This document shows, in pieces, positions 11,769-24,789 of a DNA stretch of 64,000 bases (positions are counted from its first letter, which is position 1; every line of letters starts with the position of its first letter). Source of the DNA: Felis catus (lineage: Eukaryota). Where the stretch lies: assembly GCF_018350175.1 (NCBI RefSeq), contig NC_058368.1:222644001-222708000 (forward strand), read 5' to 3'. The position numbers and the translations under genes were made by a program. The notes under the pieces were generated by a model that saw only the letters and a list, made by a program, of their open reading frames with translations, was not told the DNA's origin and searched no databases.

Positions 11769-11915
11769 ACACACACAGACACAGACACACACACACACAC
11801 ATATACATATATACATGTATACATATATAATTTTATATATTTATTTATATATTGATATATTTATGATTATATATATTATAATTATATATGGTGTAATATT
11901 ACATATTATATATGA
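11769..11915. repeat. (CA)n followed by AT-rich low-complexity sequence
   Basis: Direct inspection. Confidence 0.85.
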
Positions 11916-14424
11916 GTAATATCATATCAAATCCACACACAGCCTTTGCCATAAATCTATTATAATCTTGTTTAATTATTGCTTTGCACGTATTACAATA
12001 ATTATGTTTACTTTTTTGCAATTTATCCAAAATTATATTTTTAATCCTTCTATTTTATTGTTTATGGAAAAAATGTGACATATATTTGGTTCACTGTGGC
12101 TAAAGTGATATAATTAAGATTTAACTAATTCATCCTGTAATTTTCAAATTTAATGCACAAAGTTATTTAAAATTCCATAATTTTTTGTTGCCATAATCTT
12201 AAGCATCTAACCTAGTTATGCAGTAGTTACCTTATAGCACTTATCTATGGGTTATAATGAGCTATATAGCATAAAGAAAACTAATTCTTAATTGTGTTGT
12301 ATTTTTCATGAGACTGTTGATACTTTAGCATAGGTGGATGTAAGCATCCATATTGGTTTTTTTTTTTCTATGAATAGGCATGTTTTTCCTTTCAAAAGAC
12401 TTAATACATTTCTGAACTATGTGCCTCTTGCACTTAAGCATTCTTCTTAGCTTACCCCAAATGTTACTTCGATTGTCTCTCATGTTTTTTTCTTGTTGTT
12501 ATCTTACAAATTCTATAATTACTCCTCTAAGAGCTTTAATTCCCCAATCTTCACAGGATATTGTCCCATGATTGGAAACAAAGCAAGTTCTTTTTTAAAT
12601 AACATTTGGCACTCCTGGCTACATAATTAAAATGTCTCCTGCTTTCCAGAGTAGTGCTCCTCAGCAAACAAGATCAAGGGAGACAGGTGTTCTAGCAGTC
12701 ATGTATAGAGGTGACTGTCTGAGTCTGAAATCTAGCAGCTTCTTTTGTGAATTCAGCTTTCCCTTTTCTTTGCGTTTCGGGAAAGGCTCCATTTGACCCT
12801 TTATTCAACCTTCTATTTACTTCCACAGTATTAGATATCTTTGTTGATTACTCATTTTAGCCACAGTGAACCAAAAAGAACCAAGAAGTACAACCTCTTC
12901 TGTTTATATAGGTATCCGAGCCATTAGGGGGCTCTTTCTTCCTATGTTATCCTCAGCAAACCTCTGGGAGAGATTACATTGCTTCCTTAAAGTATTTTCC
13001 CTGTGTTTAGAATATGAGTGCTGTTTGAAGCAGCTTCCCCCTACTTTCCACAGACAGAACTATTGCAGATTAATAAGATTTTTTTTTATTTTCATGGGAA
13101 AGTGAATTTATCCTGTGCTGTCTCAATTTATTCTCCTCAAAATGTTCTTATCTATGAAATGTTTAATCTCTGAAAATAACAATGGTGTGACAGAGTGAAA
13201 TGACCAATCTTAGATAAATTTAAAGACTTCTGTCTTATGCAGCTAGTAGCTTAAGAAATGTAAAACTAAGGAAGAGCTGCAGGGAAGAAAGTTCCTTTAC
13301 AATCATCTGCAAATATCTGAGAGAGAATGAGTGCCTCAGGGCTCACCTGCAATTTGCTTTCAGCAGAAGAGAACAGCAGGCAGCAAAAAGAATATTACTT
13401 GTTTCCTACAAAAATAGACATGGAAGAATTGAAAATAATAGGATGGGTTCACTCCCCATACACATGTAGGACGTGTACTTTGTAAATTCCATTCTTGTTT
13501 CTGAAAACTAAACGAAGTTTTCATAAATATACACAGAGGGTGATGCAGGCAGCTGATTATGGGGGCAAGCCACGCATATTGAACTGCACTGCAGACTTTT
13601 TTTAATAAATGGAAACACATTCCTCCTCTATCCACAGCAGCTAAATATGCCCCCTGCTTACAGGACTAGTTTGGGGATTAGTCAACACTTACTAATGTCT
13701 CCGGGCAAAAGCAATGTGTTTAGTGGGTCTCGGATTTCCTCAAAGGACACCACCCCCAGACAGAAGTGACATACACTCCTGAGAGAGATTTCTTTGGGGA
13801 AGTGAGAGAAGGGGAAGGATTCTGAGCTGTGCATCATGGAATGCCATTCCTTTACCGAACAGTTCCTTGATTTATCAGGAGAGAAGAGTAGTCGCTTAAA
13901 TAAGACGGAGTGGCACAGATATTTCCTTTACTGGTGTTTTGCAAGGAAACGTGTAAGCTTTATCTTCTGTATGAAAATGTGCATACCTTGAAAAGAGTAA
14001 ATTTTGAATGCGACTAGTATAATACACACAGTTGTGTGGGGATCAGTCCAAGTCTTCCTGGAACAGGCCGGTATATATTCTAATGCAGTTATTTCTTACC
14101 GAGTTAGCTTTCGGTAATGTGAACAGGTAATAAGACTTGAGAGGGAATCCTAATGCTACCAATTTTATGTAATCAGGATGAGGAATGTTTTAAGGACTTT
14201 AAGTTTCTTCTAAAAAGAGGTGGTCTTTTATTTTCAAGTAGGACTGCATTGAAGATGGAGAAAAGGGCTAAAATTGAAAATAAGATAAATGAATAAAAAT
14301 GCATTGACTGTCCATGATTTTTTTATGTTGCCAAAATGTACCCAAAGTCAATATAACAATGCAAGTTAAAGACTCATGTTTTCTATATAATGGTAAAGAA
14401 GTGCAAATACCACCGAAGTGAAAT

Positions 14425-14725
14425 GTTATTTTGTCTCCTTCTCTGTTTTTATCTTATTTTTCCTTCCTTTCCCCAATGTTCATCTGTTTTGTTTCTTAAA
14501 TTCCACATATAAGTGAAAACATATGGTATTTATCTTTCTCTGACTCACTTATTTCACTTAGCACAATACACTCTAGTTCAATCCACATTGTTGGAAATGA
14601 CAAGATTTCATTCTTTTTGATCACCTAGTAGTATTCCTTTGCATGGATATAATACATTTTCTTTATTCATTTGTCAGTTGCGGGACATTTGGGCTCTTTG
14701 TATAATTTGGCTATTGTTGATAGCA
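14425..14725 (-). mobile_element. L1 3' fragment, carnivore type
   Basis: AAATTCCACATATAAGTGAAAACATATGGTATTTATCTTTCTCTGAC...TTATTTCACTTAGC, the antisense of the L1 ORF2 end and 3' UTR. Confidence 0.85.
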
Positions 14726-14774
14726 TTTTGGAGAAAGCATGGCAAATGGGCTGCAAATATTTATGCCCTATACG

Positions 14775-15647
14775 TTTTTTAATGTCTAGACTTAATTTTT
14801 AGATCAGTTTTAGGTTTACAAAAATGAGATGTACAAACATAGAGTTCCCCCAGACCTCCTTACCTCCGTCTCCTTTACCCTGCGAGTTTTCCCATATCAT
14901 TAATATTTTGCCTTAGTGTGGTACATTTCTCATAGTGAATGAACCATGATTCATAAATCATTATTAACTGAAGTTCAGAGTTTACCTTAGGGCTGACTCT
15001 TCGTGTTATATATTTTTGGGGTTTTGACAAATGTATAATGGAATATAGCCACCATTATAATTACATGCAGAATGGTTTCACTGTGCCAGAATCCCCTGTG
15101 TGCCACCAAAATAGATTTTTCTCTCTCCCTTCCTCCCTTCTGCCCTCCCCCTGAAACTTGGATCTTTCAACTGTCCCCATAGTGTTGCCTTTACAAGAAT
15201 GTCATATTGTTGGCATCATAATATGCCTTTACTGTGGTTTATTCATGCCTTTTGGGGGCTTGGTAGCTCATGTATTTATATTGCTGAAAAATATTCCATT
15301 GTGTAGATGAACCGGTTTATCCATTCACTTACTGAAGGATATTTAATTGCTTCCAAGTTTTGGCAATTATGAATAAAGCTGCTACAAATATCCACATGCA
15401 GGTTTGAGTGTGGATATAAGTTTTTAATGCATTTAGGGCGATACCATGAGCATGATGGCTTGTTCATGCAGTAAGAGTGTGTTTAGTTTTGTCAAGCTGT
15501 CCTCCAAAGTGGCTATACCATTTTGCATTCCCACTGGCAATAAATAAGAGTTCCCATTCTCCACATCCTTGCCAGAATTTGGTGTTGTCAGTGTTCTGGA
15601 TTTTAGTCATTCTAATGACTAAAGGTATATGGTACATCGTGTTGTTT
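14775..15647 (-). mobile_element. Old L1M 3' region
   Basis: CAGTTTTAGGTTTACA, GAATAAAGCTGCTACAAATATCCA and CCATTTTGCATTCCCAC motifs of antisense L1M; ORF 15464..15793 gives an L1 ORF2-like C-terminal peptide ([12 protein letters not shown]). Confidence 0.85.
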
Positions 15648-15652
15648 TGGAC

Positions 15653-15655
<3 letters not shown>

Positions 15656-15704
<49 letters not shown>

Positions 15705-15815
15705 TATGTATATATATATATACACACACACATATATATACATATATATGTATATATATATACACACACATATATATATACATATATATACATATATATA
15801 CATATATATATATAA
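15656..15815. repeat. (TA)n/(CA)n compound microsatellite
   Basis: Direct inspection. Confidence 0.95.
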
Positions 15816-16027
15816 TTTTTTTTAATGTTTATGTATTTTTGACAGAGAGAGAGAGACAGAGCATGAGCAGGGAGGGGCAGACAGAGAGGGAGACACAGAA
15901 TCTGAAGCAGATTCCAGGCTCTGAGCTGTCAGCACAGAGCCCCAAGAAGGGCTTGAACTCACAGACCATGAGATCATGACCTGAGCCAATGTTGGACGCT
16001 CAATCTACTGAGCCACCCAGGCACCCC
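15816..16027 (-). mobile_element. CanSINE
   Basis: Full body ending CCAGGCACCCC. Confidence 0.93.
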
Positions 16028-16031
16028 TATA

Positions 16032-16251
16032 TTTTTAATTTTTTTAATGTTTTTTTTCACAATTTTTGAGAGAGGGAGAGAGAGTGCGAGCAGGGCAGGG
16101 GCAGAGAGAGAGGAAGACACAGAATTTAAAGCAGGTTCCAGGCTCTGAGCTGTCAGCACAAAGCCCGACTTGGGGTTCGAACTCACCAACCATGAGATCA
16201 TGACCTGAGCTGAAGTCGGACGCTTAACCGACTGAGTCACCCAAGCACCCC
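16032..16251 (-). mobile_element. CanSINE, in tandem with the previous copy
   Basis: Full body ending CCAAGCACCCC. Confidence 0.93.
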
Positions 16252-17074
16252 TGGACAATATTTTTGATTGGTAATAACTGTTTCTGCTGTGTGATGAATA
16301 ATTCCAAGGCATATCATGGACCTTCAGGAAATATGTCCATAATAACTGGCAAGATTTCCTTGCCAATTTTTTTTCCCTTTTGCAGAACAGCTTGTGTGTG
16401 TGTTGGGGGAGAGGCGAGGTAGCCCATACTTGTAACACATATTTGCTATTCATCATTTAGGACTCTAGTGGAATGAAGAAATTACAGCAATCAAATAATT
16501 CAGTCCCACATTTGTCAAATATCAGATGGCAACAATAACTTCCTATTTTTAAAGCACTGTTATTGAATTAAGGAGCAGAATTTGGCATTTTAAATTTCAT
16601 ATTTTACTTTCTAGCCATATTTATCTTGCGGGTAGAAATTGCTGGCTTCAAATTGTTTATAAGTATCTAAAGTCCTCAAGCAGATTGAGATTCTTCATAA
16701 TCTGGCCTTGACCAAAGTTTATGACATAATTGCTCGTTACTCTGAGCTCAAGATAAGCTGTATTTGCCCCTCTCCCCCCAAATGCTCTCAACCTTTGCCT
16801 CTGCTAATCTTGATTTGATTGGTCTTCCTTGCCATCTCTGCTAATTCATACTTTACCAGTCTTTCTACAAATCCTTGGGAATTCCTCTACTGTTATTCAC
16901 CTAAGACCTTGCATTATTAACTAAACATTTATTGTATCTGTATTATAACCTTCTATTCAAACTACATGATTCAGAAATGGAAAAAAAAAATCCTTTGTGC
17001 TTTTTTCTTTTCCAGTGCTCCAAGTGCAATGTCCATGCTACTCTTTAATGCCTATGAGTTGAAAGAATAAATTT

Positions 17075-17287
17075 TAATTTTTTAAAATGTTTTATTCAGT
17101 TTTGTGAGAGAGAGACAGAGTGCAAGTCGGGGAGGGGCAGAGACATAGGGAAACACAGAATCTGAAGCAGGCTCTAAGCTCTGAGCTGTCAGCATGGGGC
17201 CTGATGTGGGGTTCAAACTCACAAACCAGGAGATCATGACCTGAGCCAAAGTCAGACACTTAACTGACTGAGCCACCCAGGTAGCGC
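17075..17287 (-). mobile_element. CanSINE
   Basis: Full body; imperfect TSD GAA(A/G)GAATA(A/G)ATTTT. Confidence 0.92.
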
Positions 17288-17373
17288 TGAAGGAATAGAT
17301 TTTGAAAAATGTTCTTATTAGTACAGAATATGTAAATGATTTTTTGAAAATGTCATCGATGTCCAATTTCCTT

Positions 17374-17403
17374 CTTTTTTTTTCTTTTTTTTAAGTTTAT
17401 TTT

Positions 17404-17441
<38 letters not shown>

Positions 17442-17609
17442 ACACGTGAATGGGGGAGGGTCAGAGAGAGAGGGAGAGCAAATCCCAAGCAATCTCCACG
17501 CTGTCAGCACAAAGCCCCATGCAGGGCTGGATCCCTTGAACTGTGAGATCATGACGTGAGCCTAAATCAAGAGTCTGATGCTTAACCGACTGAGCCAACC
17601 AGGCTCCCC
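17374..17609 (-). mobile_element. CanSINE
   Basis: TSD TCCAATTTCCTT at 17362-17373 and 17610-17621. Confidence 0.93.
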
Positions 17610-18652
17610 TCCAATTTCCTTTCCTTCTCCTGCCCCCTTTTCTTTTCATTTATAAGAAGGGTAATCCAGTTGGCTAAAGGTCTTGTGTTCTAATCCTCCC
17701 ATGACAGTTGATACCTATAAAAGTTTTATCCAGGCCACTTAACTGCTCTGCACCTGCTTTCCTGACTACTCTTTGTGAAAACATGCATTGTATTCTGGTA
17801 GTCAAGCTAATATGTATACAACCCTTACAGGCAGAAAGCACTATGCATGACTATAGGGTCATTATGCAGTGTCTATAATTAGAGGTGCCTCTGAAAACAA
17901 AATTTTAAATATTTGGTAAAAGAAAGCACTTTGGGGCAGAGAGTACAGGTGGAGATTTGTATATGCTCCCTTTTGGGGCACTGATTCGAATTTAAATGAT
18001 ATTGAAATGAGAGTCAAAGGATTGGACTATTTTACTAACATGCTAATTAAATTTTAGAAGGTTTCTTGAAACAGTGTACAAGAAAAGCATACGTGAAGCA
18101 TAAATAAACGTATTACTGCCTGCAGATGTTTCGAGGTCATGCAAAAGAACAGATAGGAAAAGTATTTAAAATGGCATTGTCTTCTGTGCCACTGTTTCCT
18201 TTGTGAGTTGTTACGTGTGTTGGCATATTTATGCTTTGTAAATTGACTTATATTCCGTAATGCCCTTTCTTTACGCACATTTACTAATTTATTGTGCTTT
18301 TAATAGTCTTTTTCATAAAGTTTAGTTGTTGGCTGATAGAGGTACCCAGGATATCGTCTCTGCCATCTAGTTATCGAATGTTTCTGTCATAAATCAATAC
18401 AACTTTAACTTCTTGGCTGGAACTAGAGAACTTTTCAATTCCTTGCCAAGAATACTCTGTGATAAACCGTCCCTTAAATCTACTGAGGACGGAACACTTT
18501 GACCCATAGCAGCAACATTATCCCTGAGAACACTAGAAATTTTCCAGAATAAATTTCTGAAGTTCAATTGTGAAATTCATTTGATAAAGGGAAAAGGGAA
18601 TGGTGAGTCACATTGCAAATTCAAGTCTTTCTGTCTCTGAAGCACATTTTTT

Positions 18653-18870
18653 AAAATTTTTTTTTTCCAACGTTTATTTATTTTTGGGACAGAGAGAGAC
18701 AGAGCATGAACGGGGGAAGGGCAGAGAGAGAGGGAGACACAGAATCGGAAACAGGCTCCAGGCTCTGAGCCATCAGCCCAGAGCCCGACGCGGGGCTCGA
18801 ACTCACAGACCGCGAGATCGTGACCTGGCTGAAGTTGGACGCTTAACCGACTGCGCCACCCAGGCTCCCC
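18653..18870 (-). mobile_element. CanSINE, young SINEC_Fc type
   Basis: CpG-rich body; TSD TGAAGCACATTTTTT at 18638-18652 and 18871-18885. Confidence 0.95.
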
Positions 18871-19309
18871 TGAAGCACATTTTTTTAAAACACTACGTTA
18901 TATTGCTTCTCTTATTCTACAACCATAGAGAAACTTTTTGTTTGTTTTTAACATCTATATTCCTGAGTTTCACCCTCTTTATAATAAAAAAAATAATGGT
19001 ATTTTCCTTATAGAGTCAGCCAAGGGTTCAGTGAGATCATACAGGTAAAAGGCTTAGAAGAGTGACGTAATCACAAGCGTAAAAGCAATAGCAGGATTGA
19101 TACTTATGTTGAATGCCTCTGAATCCACTGTGCTCCATAAACAGATTTAAAATACCTTGTTACTCAGTCATTCAAGCAACATTGCTGGGTAACTAATAGA
19201 GTGTCATTTTATCCTTAATTATCTGAGTGGTTACAAAGATAAAGGGCAGATTAGTGACTTTCCATCTAGGAGACAAGAAATAAAACCATGCCAGCAATTA
19301 AACTCATTG

Positions 19310-20022
19310 TGTTGTCGTTGTTGTTGTTTTACTTCCAAAATTGCCCCTCCATACTCTGAGGTGGGGACAGAGCTCTTTAAACAGCATTTCTTCTTTGAGC
19401 TTGTTTCCTATTTGATTCTAGCCAAGAATATGCTAGAAGGAGATGGAAGGCAGGGAGATGGAAAAGACCTTTCTCTTTCCCCTGCTTGCTGCTGATGTCA
19501 CTATTACCTTATAGGGCCCTTCCCAGCATCAGCTGATTCAACTGAGATTTGCTTCCTGTTTCCAACTGCTTCTAGTACTCCCAAGAACTAGCCTCATCAT
19601 GCCCCCTCAGTGGTTACACCGGGCAAGCAGTGCCCTCTTTCTGCCACTAGGGGGCACCTTCTCCATCTTTTAGGTTTTTATCAACCTTAGGCAGCAGTAG
19701 CTGCCCTTGAGAAGACAGCACTTTTCAAAGTCCTTTGTTAAGAGAGAGAGAGAGAGAGGAGGGGAATACTTCAAGACAAAGAATATAGATTAGAATTTTG
19801 TTCATGTCACTTGCTTAAAAGGCTTTATTTTGAATCTGAAAGAAACCAGAGAATTCTCTGTTCCCCCAGCCCTAAGGATGGTGGTGGTTGCTTCCAGCAT
19901 TCACTATCCAGCTTTTACCTCACTGTTTTCTTCTTGTATTTTCAGTTTTCCAAGATTTGTATTCAAATTTCTGTTAAAACAACTGTTATGATTTCTGTTC
20001 TCCTGATTTCATACTAACTAAA
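19310..20022 (+). mobile_element. ERV-L class LTR, LTR41-like (5' LTR)
   Basis: GGAGATGGAAGGCAGG, TGTTCCCCCAGCCCTAAGGATGGTGGTGGTTGCTTCC and terminal TTTCTGTTCTCCTGA motifs; directly followed by ERV-L internal sequence. Confidence 0.65.
19627..19658 (+). promoter_or_regulatory. CTCF motif (core plus upstream motif)
   Basis: Core CCACTAGGGGGCA at 19644-19656 matches CCASYAGRKGGC; upstream GCAGTGCCC at 19627-19635. Confidence 0.6.
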
Positions 20023-21890
20023 GAATGGAGACTTGATGCAGGACGAGTTGATACCAGAAATGGAGTGGGGTACCAATGTTGGTTCTGGGGAATTGGTTTG
20101 ATCCTGCCCCAGAGCTTGAGCACAATACTAAAGTGTTTGCTAATGGTAATATGTTGCACGTAGTGGCTTCCTAATTAGCTAAATAACCAACCGTGTTTAC
20201 TTGTGACAAAGGGTCTTCTGAAGTAAATCTCCAGAAGACAAGTCATAACTGCCTTTCACAGTTTGTTCGTAACGGTGATTACAAGACTCTAAGATGGAAT
20301 AATTGTTTTAACTGCTCTTGAGAGCTTGCACATGAGCAAACAACACTCTCTCACACACACCAAGCTGAGACTTTAAGTTGTTGGATCAAATCATTGCAAG
20401 AGAATGGGAAAGCCTCTAAGGCTATCTGAGAGGGTTTGGATTCAACTGAGAAACTTGAAATCCTGAGTTTCTCTAAACCTGTCCCATCAGCAGAAGAAGC
20501 CTTACTTCTGAGAAGATTAGCTTTCTCCTGCCTGATGATCCCATGATAATTCACCAGAGGGATTTGCCCTGCAAAGTTTCCTATTTTCCTCAAGACTCAC
20601 CATCCTCCCTTGTTATCTCCTGACCCATAATAAGAGTCGGCTCTTCTAGAGCTCAGAATACTTGAGAAGAAAACATATGAAATGGGGCCTAGGAGGAAGT
20701 AGCTTGTAGTTCAAAATAATTGCAAGATTTTGCTAATCGATACCAGCAAAAAAGCCAGGGAGTCTATAAAGTAATGTATTCTAAGAGAATTAGACAAAGG
20801 ATCACAAAAGACAAGGATGGAGTGGGCTGAATGTATTGATATGGGGGTACCTAATAGGAATATCTATATGTATAATAGGATGGTCGCACAATTGAAAGTA
20901 GCACTAAGAGTTTAGTTGGTAGGTTCACTAAAACATACACTCAATAGTGACCTACATCCAAGGTAGTTGAAATGCCATCACTTATTTATCATGACATAGA
21001 AATAAGAATGTAAAGACTTTGAGAGATAGGAATGTTGGAGCAGATTTATGATGTGTAGATGGTCTCCCTACTCTCTTCTACCTCACTTCCACCAGGGAGA
21101 CTGAAATGGTATTCGCTTCATGAAAACATTGAAGAATAAATAGGAGGCGAGGACACCAGACATTTCAAGGACCACCTGAAACATCGGTGGCGCTCCCCAC
21201 AGCAGATCAGACATCAGGAGGGAGGTGTCACCTTGATTCTTCATTTGTCACCATTGAACTATATCAGTATGTCAGAGGAATTGCAAATTAATAGAAACCA
21301 AGTAGATAGATAAATGCCAAGGCTAAGATTATAATTAAACGGCAGGAACCAGTTACCAATTGGGATGTTTTTACTGCAGGGATATTTGCTATTAGTTAAT
21401 GGATCACGCTGTTACTACTATGAGTTTACTCAATATATACAACGACAACACATTTTAGATCTGTGGCCAGGAACATACTGGAATTTCCACAATGGAGACA
21501 CATGGTTCCCTAAACAAGGCCAGTTCACATATCTGGAACAGCCTGGTTGCTAGGGACAAGCCACAGTTCATAAAATATACATTTTAAATTTCTTTCCATG
21601 CCTTCTTCGAAAAAAACTTAGGGTCGCTTAACAGAGTGACCATACAGAGAGGAGAGGAAAAAATACATCCCAGGAAAGTTACACTTTGGCTCCAAAATAT
21701 GTGGTGATCTATTAAAGTGAGAGATTACGATGGTCAGGGGTTATATGAAATTTTGAGCTACATTTTAATCACAGTGAACTCAGTTGATCTGTTAACCTAT
21801 TGGGTAGTTCTTTTTCTAATTCCTTAAAGTACACTTAACATAAGAATACTTGGATAATGGCAACATCCCTGCATTAGATTTTTCACCCTT
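20023..21890 (+). mobile_element. Decayed ERV-L internal region (gag and protease relics, pol absent)
   Basis: Manual translation: LQDFANRYQQK (20720-20752), ILRELDKG..AECIDMG, VEMPSLIYHDIEIRM*RL*EIGMLEQIY (ERV-L gag-like), and GQ..ITVNSV..TYWVV..P*..I.ILG*WQHPCI (21732-21887, ERV-L protease-region-like); stops and frameshifts throughout. Confidence 0.8.
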
Positions 21891-23299
21891 AAAGAGAAGA
21901 TATTAGTAGGGAAAGAGTCAAGTGAAAGTTTCTGAGTATTTTCTCCCCTCCATTGGCACACTAATACAGCATGTAATAATTGCAAATAAATCAATACATA
22001 AGTAAACAAATAAGTAAATAGAACAAGATGGCTGCAAAATGTGGGAGACAATAATGAAGAAATCAGTTACTTTCTTCTTTCCTCAATCTGAAAAGAGGAT
22101 CTCAGAGAGCTTGATGTTTGAGTTGTCTCTAAAATGGTGAGAAGAATGCATGAAAGAATTGGGGAGAAAGGGAAGGTATTCTAAATGACCACGGAGCGCT
22201 AAGGGAAGTGGGCATAGCACAGCATGGCTGGGATATGGGCCATTATGAGGACCCAAGGGCTATTGGCTTTGAAGAAGCAGACAAACAGATTGCCAAAGTA
22301 TATTATGTATTATGCTCAGGAACGTGAGCTGTGTGGTTAAGTCTTTAAATGTTTTTAATTGATGGGGTAATATCTGATTTGCATAAAATATATAAATAGT
22401 TGTCTTCAACACCAGTGATAGTACAATACATGTGCTCTGGATCCTGTCTATAATCGCAGAATATGGGGAAATATATATGGGACATAAGCTTCTCTAGTAG
22501 CTGCACTCACTTTAAATTTTAGCCTGAGTTTGATTAGAGTTCCATTTTGTTTTGGCTAATCACAGGAGTGTAAGGAGCTCTGCTGGGACCACTACTCTAT
22601 TAGGTCTAATATAAATAAATGAGTTGCCTAAAGCAATAGAACTTCCTCAACATACCAGTTGGCGTTTTATGCATGCTAAGCACTCTTTGGATCTGTCACG
22701 ACCAGCTGTTCAATTTAGGCTTGCGAGAGGGTATGCAAACCACAGCAGCAAAAGGTTTTCAAATCCAATGAACACTAATTACAAAAATATTCACTAGCAT
22801 TTAATTAATTTACTCTTTTTATTTATTTATTTTAAAAAGTTGAACTTAGGGTCCATAATTAAATGGAGAAATATTAAAGAGACATCCGAGACCTACCTAT
22901 GTATATACACCAAGTATAAAAGAACACATCTGTTCTGTTAAAGATTGAAAGGTTGCCCCCAAATGCTCCTCAAACAACGTCTAGAATATGTGAAATGTTA
23001 AACTCTAGACTCTGTTTCGATGACACCTTCCTATATGTGCTCTCGCACGTGTAATGTGCCTTCCTGTTGGCACCAATATGCTTTTCCCCGCTCTACCTTG
23101 CCCAGAGTTTTTCAGCTGTATGATGGTAGGAAAATAAAAATTTCATCTGTTGCAAAGTCACATGCTTTTTGCTTTCATGCTGAAAAGTGCTATGCTAATA
23201 ACCTCTTGTGAAGTCCGATCTCGCCACTTTGGAGTTTGGTTTTCCATGTGTTTAGAAAGAATGTTCTTGGTTGGAGTAGTTAGAATATTGTGATAAAAG

Positions 23300-23459
23300 C
23301 TTTTGCTACTCAAAGTATGATCCATGTAACAGTAGAATTGACATTAACTAGGAGCTTGTTAGAAATGATAGAAGTAAAACAAAATCAGTTGAATTAGTAC
23401 CTGCATTTTTAACAATATCCCCAAGTGATTTATAGACACATGAAAGATTGAGAAGTATT
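23300..23459. mobile_element. MER5A-like hAT-Charlie MITE
   Basis: GCTACTCAAAGTATGATCC start, GAGCTTGTTAGAAATG, CTGCATTTTTAACAATATCCCCAAGTGATT, AAAGATTGAGAAG end. Confidence 0.75.
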
Positions 23460-23674
23460 TTTTTTAATTTTTTTTAATGTTTATTTATTTTTGAGACAGA
23501 GACAGAGCATGAATGGGGGAGGGGCAGAGAGAGAGGGAGACACAGAATCGGAAGCAGGCTCCAGGCTCTGAGCCATCAGCCCAGAGCCTGACGCGGGGCT
23601 CGAACTCACGGACCGTGAGATCGTGACCTGAGCCGAAGTCGGACGCTCAACCGGCTGAGCCACCCAGGCGCCCC
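23460..23674 (-). mobile_element. CanSINE
   Basis: TSD AAGATTGAGAA(G/A)TATT at 23444-23459 and 23675-23690. Confidence 0.95.
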
Positions 23675-24540
23675 AAGATTGAGAAATATTAAGCAAAATT
23701 AGTGATTCTATGATGAAAATCCAATTTTTATTGGATTGTACTTCTATGTTTTTCTATTTTTATGTAAGCATTCTGACTTGAATTAATTTTTGGTAACCAT
23801 GGCTTCATGAATTTCATATTATTAACAGTTTAATAATCTTGTTTCACGTTTTGGTTAACAACTGAGATATATAAGACTGTTCAAAAGTGTATCCTCAAAT
23901 ATCCCCTGCTCTGATTCTAGAAAGATCCCTCAGGCATTACTGAAAAATAATATCTAGTATTCCCTTGTGTTTAAAATAAACTTACACTGCTCCTTGTCCC
24001 CAAGCAATTTTAAAACTCTTGATACTAATTTCTATTTCTCCTTTCAAGGGTTTATTACATTTATTAACTATTATGAATAAAAAAAAATCAATTCCCACCA
24101 AATTCCTTTACCCTTTGGATTTGTGAGTGCTCAAAGTAGGTCACCTATTTTTTTTCTATTATAGATCTCCAGTTTTTATATGACTGTATCTTCTGCCTAT
24201 GAATTTTTATAATTAACATTTTTAAAATTTTTATCAGAAAATCTTTGAATATAGTTGTAAACACTGCATCACCTTAAAATTTGTGGTAGAGGTCTTAGCA
24301 TAGTACCATAGAATTCATATTTTCAACTACAAGGTCAGGGTGTCATTTTGTTTTGAGCTTTTAAGAAAACAGTGGGTTTCTTTTTAATAACAAATAAATT
24401 AATAATGAAAATGTTACAAAATAAAAATGAGTAAATGAGATATATATAATATTTTAATTATATAATGTAATATTTTATATTTTTTAAATTATAAACCTGG
24501 AATTATTTAGATTAAGGAAGTCATCTTATACTACATACAC

Positions 24541-24774
24541 TTTCTTTTTTTTATTTTTATTTTTATTTATTTCTTTTAAGTTGATTTATTTTGAGGAAGA
24601 GAGCATGAGTGGAGGAGGGGCCAAGAGAGACAGGGAGAGAGAGAGAATCCCAAGCAGGCTCTGCACTATCAGCATGGAGCCCAATGCGGGGCTTGAACTC
24701 ACAAACCATGAGATCATGACCTGAGCTGAAGTCAAGAGTCAGATGTTTAACCAACTGAGCCACCCAGGCTCCCC
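24541..24774 (-). mobile_element. CanSINE
   Basis: Full body ending CCAGGCTCCCC. Confidence 0.93.
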
Positions 24775-24789
24775 AATTTTTTTTATTTG

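Noticed and set aside
13540..13670. E-box, MEF2-like and CTCF-like (TGCCCCCTGCTT) motifs as an enhancer
   Set aside because: The CTCF-like site mismatches the conserved CC positions, and short motifs alone are not sufficient support.
20700..21100. Domesticated Fv1-like gag gene
   Set aside because: Multiple in-frame stops and frameshifts leave no open frame.
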